From assembly GCA_002269645.1 (NCBI GenBank), contig NIVC01000034.1, positions 186,001 to 250,000 of the forward strand: a stretch of DNA of 64,000 bases, written 5' to 3'. The notes under the pieces are model-generated. The model did not search any database, was not told where the DNA came from, and saw only the letters and a program-made list of their open reading frames with translations. The DNA comes from Macrostomum lignano. Its lineage: Eukaryota. Below, piece after piece: positions 48,501-60,500 of the stretch (position 1 is its first letter; each line of letters starts with the position of its first letter). Made by a program: the position numbers and the translations under genes.

Positions 48501-51500
48501 GTGATTCGATTTCTCAATCGGCTTCGAGCATCCGGAGGTGGCGACTGTGCGGAGATGGCCATGTCTGGCGCACTGGACGCCGCAGCAGCTGCTGACCGCA
48601 ACTCTGTCATGATGCTGTTCACCGACGCCTCGGCCAAGGACGCCCGACTGAAGGGTCGCGTATCGGCCAGGCTGAGGTCGAAAGGAATCAGGTTGTACAC
48701 TGTCGCGAGCGGCAACCTTTGTCGGCGAGGCAGCGGACTTTACAAATCGTTGGCGAGAGGCTCAGGTGGCTACGTGGCGAGCCTGCGCTCCAGCTACTTC
48801 AACAAGGCACGGTTTATCATTTTCTTAAGCCTTTATGTTTTTAGCGACGCAATTGAATATTTTTCCTTGTCTGCCAAATGATTGAGAAAGTGATGAATTA
48901 TTCCGAGATGTGAACTAAAGCTATCCCGTTAAATTTATTAGCTCTGAGCATTGGCTGCTTCGTGTAGTCGGACTTCTTGGGTGTGAAAAAAAGTTCGGCT
49001 GAATAATTTCATTTGCATGCCTTAAACAACAGGGCAACGATTTTACGTGATTTATTTTTAGGGACGATGAATTTTTTATGTCTTTTTCTTTATGTTTGTA
49101 GTTGATGGAGTTCGTGAGGCGAGCAGCAAAGGGAAGAATGAGCTTCAGCGCTTTCCCAGCCAACGTAGCAGCACTAAACAGTGCACTTCGTGGGCGTAAG
49201 TATAATTTTTTTGAAATTACCAATGTACCAGCTAATAAAATCATTTTTCATATCGATAAATTCTGACACTTTTAGGTTGCCGTTGTCGCAACATTAACCG
49301 CTCGATCTGTGTCCGAAAGAGTAAGAGCATCTCTATTATCAGTGTTTTGAAATACAATTTTTGTAAAACATGATTTACTTAAAAGCGCTTCGGTTAATCT
49401 CTCTTAGCTCCCGGATTGAGAAAAGTTGGCTGCTTTGTCGATGCGAAATCTAGAGATCTACCTGTTCTGGCTGGATCTGGCTCAATGAGTGTCTACAAAT
49501 GCTACAAACTGTGCAGGGCGAAGAAGTATTCTTATTTTGGCGTACAGTTCTCCAAGCAGTGCTGGTGCGGCAATCGCTACGGTCGATACGGATCCAGGCC
49601 GGCTCGCGAATGCAGAATGAGGTGCTCCGGCGACAAGTCCGCGTTCTGCGGCTCTAGCTGGAGAAACACAGTCTACACCACTGGAATTCCTTATAGAGCT
49701 ATTAAAAGTAATATTAATAAACTGATTTTTCAGGCTACTCTTTTTTGTGGATAGATAAAATTCTTGGAACGCATTTTGCTAATCATCTTTTACTTTAAAT
49801 CCTAACAGCCCCAGGTTTAAAATACATCGGTTGCTACATCGACCGAGCTAGTCGCGACCTGCCAGTGCTTGCTGGCCGAGGATCCATGAGCGTTGCTAAA
49901 TGCTACAAACTCTGTCGAGCAAAGAAGTACCCGTATTTCGGCGTTCAGTACTCCAACCAGTGCTGGTGCGGCAACAGATATGGCCGGTACGGCGTGAGGG
50001 CTGCCAGAGAGTGCAAGATGCGCTGCAGCGGCGACTGGTCCAAGTTCTGCGGTTCCAGCTGGAGAAATAGGATCTATGCGACTGGACTTCGCGCTCCCGC
50101 TATTGCTAGTGAGTTTGTTGCTGGATTTTTTTAACAAATCCGGAAGAGAAATTACATTGAACAGTTCTCGTGCCTAATCGATGACTCATTAGCAAGCAGA
50201 TTCATTAGCATTTGCTGTTTGACGAGTGTATACTCATAAAATATTAGGCAGACATCTTTTTGGTACGTTTATGATCTCGTAAAGCAATTATCTAGTAAAA
50301 GCTAGGCAAAATCAAATTTGACATCTAATCGAACAACAAAATGTTATAGCTCCCGGCTTAAGAAAGATTGGCTGCTTTGTTGATAACGCCATCCGCGATC
50401 TGCCTAAGTTGGTGGGCTCGGGCGTCATGACCGTGCCGAGGTGCTATCAGCTCTGCAAGCGGGCCAAGTACGCATATTTTGGCGTGCAGCACTCAAAGCA
50501 GTGCTGGTGCGGCAACAGCTACGGTCGCTACGGAGCGAAACCAATGTCGCAGTGCAAGCAGCGCTGTAGCGGCAATCGCAAAACTTTTTGCGGTGGAAAT
50601 TGGCGAAACATTGTCTACTCTACGGGACTGAGGTCTTCGAGGCAATGTAATTCAAGTTGTAAAATATTCTGTCTTAATTTGATGTTTTTTCACTGTGTTT
50701 ATTTGCTTCAAAAATTTGAAAATCGATTTCAGTGCCGGGTATCAGGCATCTTGGCTGCTTTCTTGACAAAGGCAGCAGAGACTTGCGTAAATATGCTGGA
50801 TCTGGTCGCATGACAGTGTCAAAGTGTTACAAACTCTGTCGAGGCAAGAGCTACATGTACTTTGGTGTTCAAAATGGCAACCAATGCTTCTGCGGCAATA
50901 GTTACGGTCGATACGGTGTCAGACGCATCACTGAGTGCAGAAAGCGTTGCAGCGGCGACAAGTCGACTTATTGCGGAGCCTCTTGGAGAAACAGCGTCTA
51001 CGCTACCGGTGTAACTCCTCCAAAAATCCTAAGTAGGTTTCTGCGATGCTATCTATAATGCCAACTAATTTGGATTCTGTGTCAACTTATACGAGTATAT
51101 TTTCATTTTTGACTTTTTCCAGCACCAGGACTTCGATCTCTCGGATGCTACATCGATCGAAAGGCCCGAGATCTTCCAGTTTTGGCTGGCAGGGGCAGCT
51201 CGATGCGGATACCCGTCTGCTATAGGCTGTGCCGTGCCAAGAAATACTTGTACTTTGGAGTGCAACATTCTAACCAATGCTGGTGCGGCAACACTTACGG
51301 ACGGTACGGCGTTAGGCCAAAGAAAGAGTGCCGTATGCGGTGCCGAGGTGACGGATCGACGTATTGCGGCTCGTCCTGGAGGAACAGCGTCTATGCCACT
51401 GGCCTAACAATGAACGATATTAGTAAGACTTTCTGCCAGTAATCTCTGTACTAATCGCATCCTATTTGCACTTATGCCATTTATTTTATGTTTTGCTGTT

Positions 51501-54500
51501 TAATTGCAGTGCCAGGGCTTCGCTACATCGGCTGCTTCCTTGACAGCGCCAACAGAGATCTGCCTAAGCTTGCCGGCAAAGGCAAGATGAGAATTCAGAA
51601 GTGCTACCAGCTTTGCAGACAGAAGAACATGGCCTACTTCGGACTGCAGTACGGCAACCAGTGCTGGTGCGGCAATGAGTATGGGAAACACGGAGGTAGG
51701 AGGGCATCGGAGTGCAACAAGAGGTGCTCTGGAGACAGCAAACAGAAATGCGGCGCTTCTTGGAGAAACAGCGTCTACACTACTGGACTTGGAAATCAGG
51801 GAGAAAGTAAGATGATAACTCCTTTATACTAAATTACGCTTGTATTTTCATAGACTAAGTAAGTAAAAAATACTTAAAAATCCTTTCAGCCAAGCTGCCA
51901 CTGTCTCACTGCTCGCAGCACTCCACAACATGGAAGGCCCCTTGCATTAGAGCCATTGACGGTAACACTAACCAGCACTTCTTCAAGCACTCCTGCACCC
52001 ACACTAAAACTGCCAAAGGCGCCTGGTGGCAGGCTAAGACTAAAAAGCTCGCCAGAATCACCGAGATCACCATTCACAACAGACAGGACTGTTGTGCGAA
52101 GCGACTCAATAATTTCGTTGTGAAGGTAGACGGTCGCGAGTGCGCCTCGTACCGGTCGTCGGCAGCTTTCTCCGTGCGAACTTTCTCGTGCCATCTGATT
52201 GGACGGGTCGTTCGAATTGAGACTAGAAATAAGGTGCCGCTAACTCTGTGCGAAGTGCAAGTCTTTGGACACTATGTCGTAGCGAGAGCCTGGCCTCCGG
52301 GTAAGCTCAAGAGAATATATATATATATCTCATACATATAACAAGCTATTTCCGAGAATTGAATGATTAGTCTATTAGTGTATTATCAAAACAGGAAAGA
52401 TCTGAAAAATTATTTTATAAGCGTTTTATGCAGTACCATTTGGTGTAATGGATCTAATGGATCTAAACTTAGTCGAACATAGACCACCGATTATAGCTCG
52501 TACTTAACATCTTTTCAGCTAAAGGAGTCAGGTATCTTGGTTGCTACGTTGACAACAAAAAGCGAGACCTGCCTTTACTATTGAACTCTCGTTCAAAGAC
52601 TACCCGCAATTACTGTTACAAATCCTGCAAAGCACGTGGTTATCGCTATTTTGGTGTGCAGAACGGCAACCACTGCACGTGCGGCAACTCGTACGGCCTG
52701 TTTGGTCGCGCTTCAGAGAAGAGCTGCCGATCGCTCTGTCAGGGCGAGAAGAGCACCTACTGCGGAGGTCCATGGAGAAACGCCGTCTACACAACCGGAG
52801 TCAGCAGACCGCTTGCTTCAAGTAAGATTGATTTTTCTTAATAACTTAAGTCACGGCGCCACAAAAGAAAAGATATGTGGCTTGCCATTAAATTCATGAC
52901 AATAGCTAACGTCGTTAAAGTTATATTTCAATATGAGCCAGTGAAAATTGAATTCAAAAGCATTAAAAAAACCATATATTTCAGCTTTTTAATTCATTTT
53001 GAGTCACCAAAATATCAAGCGCCTAAAATCATCATCAACTTCTCTTTCAGATAAGAGAGGGAATGATGATCTTATGCCAATCAAAGCTTCTAAATTGAGA
53101 GATAGTTGGTAGGGTTTTTGAATGATAAAACGTCTTGGTCACGAAGCTTTTATATGTGGTTTTATTATAGATCAACTATCCGCAACTATTCTACCAGCTC
53201 GTGTCAAGAAGTCTAGCTTAGAAGCTAGACTCATCGTCGCTAAATCCAATATTCTATCCCTGATCTCACCTCTATTTTCATAACACTTCATTTCAGCGCC
53301 GGGCATGACCAAGTTAGGATGTTTCATCGACAAGACTGCTCGCGACCTTCCAGTGCTGGGTGGCTCAGGCTCCATGAGCGCCGCCAAGTGCTATAAGCTT
53401 TGCAGAGGCAAGAAAAAGCGATTCTTTGGCATTCAGAATGGCAACGAGTGCAGGTGCGGCAATCACTACGGTCGCTATGGTAGGCGTTCACAAATCGAAT
53501 GCAGAAAGCAGTGCACAGCAGACAAAACTGCCTACTGCGGTGCATCCTGGAGAAATATGATCTACACTACTGGACTGGATCTTGCTACTTCTAGTAAGGA
53601 GGAATATTTCTCATAAATGAATTACACATACGCATACTTTGACCGAAGAGAAAACGAGAATTACATCGCTCTCGCATTATCTATAATGCTTTATTTAGGC
53701 GTTGGGGTCCGAAAACTCGGTTGCTTCGTCGACAGAGCTAAGCGAGACCTGCCTCATCTGTACGCTGCTGGACACAGAACTAACAAAGCCTTCTGCTGGA
53801 GATACTGCAAAAATAGGGGCTACAAGTACTTTGGTCTGCAGTTTGGCAATCACTGTACATGCGGAAACACGTACGGTCGGTACGGAAAGGCTAAATCGTC
53901 TACCTGCTCCTCCGTGTGCAAAGGCGATCGGAGAAGAAAGTGCGGCGGTGCTTGGAGAAACGAGATTTTCACAACCGGACTGAGGTCCAGACGATACAAA
54001 AGTGAGATTCTCCAGCTTTACCTACTAAGATTTTAAACCAAAGTAAAAACAACATCGCGTACTATAAAAGTCGAACGCGCTAATCTAAATAAGTTAAAAA
54101 ATTCACTTGCAGCACCTGGCATGCTCCATCTGGGTTGCTTTATTGACGCTAAGGCTCGCGATCTGCCCAAATTGGCTGGCAAGGGCCGCATGACTGTCGG
54201 AAAGTGCTACAACTTGTGCAGAAAGCTCAAGTACAGATTCTTTGGAGTGCAGTACGCAAGTCAGTGCTGGTGCGGTAACCACTACGGACGGTACGGTCTT
54301 CGCGACAAGAACGAGTGCCGCATGCAGTGCAGCGGCGACAAGACCACTTACTGCGGTGCAGGCTGGAGAAACGACATCTTCACAACTGGTCTTTCGGCCA
54401 GGCCAAAAGGTAAGATTACTTAGTGTTGCAATGCCTATAATTTATATCGATTACTGAAACGAGCTATCATTTACGACAGCAACTATGATTTTTGTCCACA

Positions 54501-57500
54501 GACTCGGCTTATCTTGGCTGCTTCATTGACAACGCAGCCCGCGACCTGCCCAAGGTGGTGAACGCTGGAGTGAAAGCCAACAGCCACTACTGCATCAAGC
54601 TGTGCAAGCGTGCTGGCTACAAGTACGCCGGTTTGCAATACGCCAGTTACTGCACCTGCGGCAATAGCTACGGCTCTCTGGGTCGAGTCAGCAACAAGCA
54701 ATGTAAAATGACGTGCAAGGGCGACAGGCGAGAGAAGTGCGGCGGACCGTGGAGGAACTCCGTCTACAGCACCGGACTCAAGACTAGAAAGGTGTCAAGT
54801 AAGTCTTCTTTTACACAAACTAACATAATGAACTTTTAGATTGTTAATTTTAAATGATCTTTGAGATAAATTTCAATTAATATCGTTGTTTTTAACAGCT
54901 CCGGGACTGAAGTACCTCGGCTGCTTCGTCGACAAAGCCACCAGAGATCTGAGACGCGAAGCTCCAAAAGGCCACATGAGCGTGCCCAAGTGCTACAGGT
55001 TCTGTCGAAAGCACAAGTACAAGTTCTTCGGAGTGCAATATGGCAACCATTGCTTCTGCGGCAATCACTATGGCCGATTCGGAATCAGACCGAACACGGA
55101 GTGCAGGATGCAGTGCAGTGGCGATAAGACTACTTACTGCGGTGCAGGCTGGAGAAACAGTGTGTACGCTACCGGCTTGGAGCTGGCTTCCACAGGTAAA
55201 TATTTAATAAAAAGTCTACCAACACTGAAATTTCAATTTTTACATAATATCAATAAAATATAAAACGGTTTTTATTAAAGTGATGAGTGCTAGACATTTG
55301 AGCACGTGCTGACATCCATTGGATTCTGAATAATATTCAAAGCAACACCACCTTTCAGGAGCTGGAGTTCGCAAGCTCGGCTGCTACGTCGACACAGCTA
55401 AGCGAGACCTGCCCCACCTGTACGCTGCTGGACACAAGACTAACAAAGCCTTCTGCTGGAGGTACTGTAAAGGCAAGGGTTACAAGTACTTTGGACTGCA
55501 GTTCGGCAACCACTGTACATGCGGAAACACGTACGGTCGGTACGGTAGAGCAAAGGCGTCGTCATGCTCAGCAGTGTGCAAAGGCGACCGACGAAGAAAG
55601 TGCGGCGGCACTTGGAGAAACGAGATTTTTACAACCGGACTGAGGTCCAAGAATGCTAAAAGTGAGTTATTGTTAGCTTTCCTACGTTTTAGCATGAGCT
55701 GCTTAATGTAGGCTCAACTTTTATTTTAACGTTCTTGGGCGTCCTCTGACTGTAGCTCAGCTTTTAGAACACAGCACTACTTTACAAAAGCCTGGGACAA
55801 AGAACATAGACAAATTAAACCCTCGCACTCCTCTTAGGTAAATTTACAGGTTCATATCGGTTTTCCATTCGATACAGAAAAAGAACATAAGAGTGTTGAG
55901 TCTCAGTTCTCTCAATAAAAGAATATTGTTGTCAAAGTTAGTATCACTGCAGAGGCTTCATCCAACGGAATTTGCAGGTAAGCATTGGTGAAGTCGATGA
56001 CGGCAAAAACGTTGCCCCGTCCAACTGGCTTAGGACGTCCTCGTTGCTTGGTGTGGTAGAGACCATGTCGTTTAACCAATTATTTACTGTCACTTTATAA
56101 TCCCCACGCAAACAAATCTTTCTATTCGGGTTTCTTACAGTCACGAATGGAGTAGACCATTTGCTCTGATCCACGGGCTTTAAGATCTTCTCCGCCACCA
56201 ACCGTTCCAGTTCCAGCTTAACAGCATCACACATGCCGTAGCTGTCTGGTATTGGTCGTTGTTTAAAAAAACAATGGTGTAGCACCATCCTTTAACGTGA
56301 GGTGCGCTCAAAATTAAGCAACTTAAAAGATGTTTAGATGAGGTTCCAGTGCGTGCATCCACTCGAGGCCATTAAAGATACTGGGAGCGTTTAGATTGTC
56401 TACCATGAATATCGGGAGGCTGCCGTCTTGCCTTGAAATTGCACGTTCACAATCGACTGTCCACATATCGGAACAACTCTTCCTTGGTAATCGTTGAAAT
56501 TTCTGTCCGGTATTAGACTTCCGGTTTTCTCTGTTAGACCATCGAACAGTTTTCTAGAAATTAGCGAGGCATCTGGATTTGCCACGGTATTGAAAACCGT
56601 GTTGAAATCGGTCCCGTTAATGCGCAACTTTCTGTAGATTCTCTGACTGTCCCTTGAAATAAGAACACTTGATCTCCATTGTCCCCTAGCTGCTTATCGA
56701 CATCGTTCCGAACTTCCCCATGCATAACATAAGTCTGATAGAAAATGACCCGCTTGTAGGCTTACATCTTTGCGAAGATGTCTTGGGGTTTAGTGCTTTA
56801 CAGACGGCTTTGAGATGTCCCACTTTTCTACAATATCCACACTTGAGCAGCTTGTCTCGACATTCCCTCTTCATGTGTACTTGCTTTCCACTGCAGAAGC
56901 AAGATATCTGTTTTCTTGCTTCTCAACGGTAGGCTCTTTCAGGCTGTTTTCATTGCCCAATTCCGGTGACGGGGTCGATTTCCCCCTGACTGGCGCATCT
57001 GTAATAGGCCTGAGTCCGCCATGTCCTCACCTCTTTACACAGATGCGCACGCTGTTGCAACAGCAGTGACCTTTTCCAGAGTTATTCCCGCGAGTTTCTC
57101 GGCCAATAGCTTGCGTAGAATATCTTATCTTTGTTCGAAAGTTCAAATATAAACTGGTCGCGAAGACGGTCCTTGACGTCGTTGGAATCGCACTCGTCGG
57201 CCAGTTGATTCAGTCTAGGACTGTTCGACAAGGTATCCTCGTTGGGCTCCTGCCCTGTCCTGCGAAATACGTATCGGTAGGCGATTACAGATTTCAGTGA
57301 TTTTATCTTGTCACTCAGCAAGGTCTTCATGTCATCGTAGGACTTCTTCTCAGTATCGTCTGGCACGGCTGCATCTGCGAGAAGGTTACACATGCGCTTG
57401 CCAATAAGCGCTAGAAATGCGTCTTTCTGCTTTTCCTCCTTGAAGTCGTGAAATTTGCAGTGAATTTCGACTCTTCAAATCTACCTATTCGAATCTTCAC

Positions 57501-60500
57501 CATCTTCTAGTGTGTCCAGTGGGGAAAGCCTCGTCGCCATTGTTAGCTTTCTTCTTACGTTGTAGCATGAGCTGCCAATGTATTCTCAATCTTTATTTTC
57601 ACGCTCAGCTTATAAATCACAACACTAAATTACAAATACGCTCGTATCTAAGGCATATAGAAAAACTAAACCCTCGCAGTTGTTATTCAATACTTTATCA
57701 TACATCGAACAAATTTAATGCTGCTTTGTTAAAAACTTGCAAAATGTGAAATTACACGGTGATGTACTTGTCAAACTCTCGTAAAAAAACAAACAGATGA
57801 TAGCTTTGAACTATATCGCTCTCTTTTAGCACCAGGAATGCTACATCTCGGCTGCTTCGTCGACTCTAAAGCTCGCGACCTACCCAAATTAGCTGGCAAG
57901 GGCCGCATGACTGTCGGAAAGTGCTACAACTTGTGCAGAAAGCTCAAGTACAGATTCTTTGGAGTGCAGTACGCAAGTCAGTGCTGGTGCGGTAACCACT
58001 ACGGACGGTACGGTCTTCGCGACAAGAACGAGTGCCGCATGCAGTGCAGCGGCGACAAGACCACTTACTGCGGTGCAGGCTGGAGAAACGACATCTTCAC
58101 AACTGGTCTTTCGGCCAGGCCAAAAGGTAAGATTACTTAGTGTTGCAATGCCTATAATTTATATCGATTACTGAAACGAGCTATCATTTACGACAGCAAC
58201 TATGATTTTTGTCCACAGACTCGGCTTATCTTGGCTGCTTCATTGACAACGCAGCCCGCGACCTGCCCAAGGTGGTGAACGCTGGAGTGAAAGCCAACAG
58301 CCACTACTGCATCAAGCTGTGCAAGCGTGCTGGCTACAAGTACGCCGGTTTGCAATACGCCAGTTACTGCACCTGCGGCAATAGCTACGGCTCTCTGGGT
58401 CGAGTCAGCAACAAGCAATGTAAAATGACGTGCAAGGGCGACAGGCGAGAGAAGTGCGGCGGACCGTGGAGGAACTCCGTCTACAGCACCGGACTCAAGA
58501 CTAGAAAGGTGTCAAGTAAGTCTTCTTTTACACAAACTAACATAATGAACTTTTAGATTGTTAATTTTAAATGATCTTTGAGATAAATTTCAATTAATAT
58601 CGTTGTTTTTAACAGCTCCGGGACTGAAGTACCTCGGCTGCTTCGTCGACAAAGCCACCAGAGATCTGAGACGCGAAGCTCCAAAAGGCCACATGAGCGT
58701 GCCCAAGTGCTACAGGTTCTGTCGAAAGCACAAGTACAAGTTCTTCGGAGTGCAATATGGCAACCATTGCTTCTGCGGCAATCACTATGGCCGATTCGGA
58801 ATCAGACCGAACACGAGTGCAGATGCAGTGCAGCGGCGATAAGACTACTTACTGCGGTGCAGGCTGGAGAAACAGTGTGTACGCTACCGGCTTGGAGCTG
58901 GCTACCACTGGTAAATATTTTTAGACGATAAAAGTATTAATATTGACTTTTCGATTTGTATATATTACCTTCAAACATGAAAAGAGCCAGCCGTCTTTTT
59001 AAGTAGTGAGTGCCTAAAAATTGAGCACTAGCTTGCAATCAAAAATATATTTGAGAAATGCAGAAATGCTACGTGCTGACATCCATTGGATTCTGAATAA
59101 TATTCAAAGCAACACCACCTTTCAGGAGCTGGAGTTCGCAAGCTCGGCTGCTACGTCGACAAAGCTAAACGAGACTTGCCCCACCTGTACGCTGCTGGAC
59201 ACAAGACTAACAAAGCCTTCTGCTGGAGGTACTGTAAAGGCAAGGGTTACAAGTACTTTGGACTGCAGTTCGGCAACCACTGTACATGCGGAAACACGTA
59301 CGGTCGATACGGTAAAGCAAAGGCGTCGTCATGCTCAGCAGTGTGCAAAGGCGACCGACGAAGAAAGTGCGGCGGCACTTGGAGAAACGAGATTTTCACA
59401 ACCGGACTGAGGTCCAAGAAGGCTAAAAGTGAGTTATTATTAATACTTTATCATGCATCGAAAAAAATTATTGCTGCTTTGTTAAAAACTTGCAAAATGT
59501 GAAATTACACGGTGATGTACTTGTCAAACTCTCGTAAAAAAACAAACAGATGAAAGCTTTGAACTATATCGCTCTCTTTTAGCACCAGGAATGCTACATC
59601 TCGGCTGCTTCGTCGACTCTAAAGCTCGCGACCTACCCAAATTGGCTGGCAAGGGCCGCATGACTGTCGGAAAGTGCTACAACTTGTGCAGAAAGCTCAA
59701 GTACAGATTCTTTGGAGTGCAGTACGCAAGTCAGTGCTGGTGCGGTAACCACTACGGACGGTACGGTCTTCGCGACAAGAACGAGTGCCGCATGCAGTGC
59801 AGCGGCGACAAGACCACTTACTGCGGTGCAGGCTGGAGAAACGACATCTTCACAACTGGTCTTTCGGCCAGGCCAAAAGGTAAGATTACTTAGTGTTGCA
59901 ATGCCTATAATTTATATCGATTACTGAAACGAGCTATCATTTACGACAGCAACTATGATTTTTGTCCACAGACTCGGCTTATCTTGGCTGCTTCATTGAC
60001 AACGCAGCCCGCGACCTGCCCAAGGTGGTGAACGCTGGAGTGAAAGCCAACAGCCACTACTGCATCAAGCTGTGCAAGCGTGCTGGCTACAAGTACGCCG
60101 GTTTGCAATACGCCAGTTACTGCACCTGCGGCAATAGCTACGGCTCTCTGGGTCGAGTCAGCAACAAGCAATGTAAAATGACGTGCAAGGGCGACAGGCG
60201 AGAGAAGTGCGGCGGACCGTGGAGGAACTCCGTCTACAGCACCGGACTCAAGACCAGAAAAGCTTCGAGTAAGTGATTGAGTAAAAGAAAGCTCGAAAAA
60301 CACTTTTTTCACGATATATTGGTACTATATAATTTTCATTTCATTTTTTTGACAATGTTTAGCGCCGGGAATGAAATACCTCGGCTGCTTTGTCGATAGT
60401 TCGAAACGAGATCTGAGACGCGAAGCTCCAAGAGGCCACATGAGCGTGCCCAAGTGCTACAGGTTCTGTCGAAAGCACAAGTACAAGTTTTTCGGAGTGC

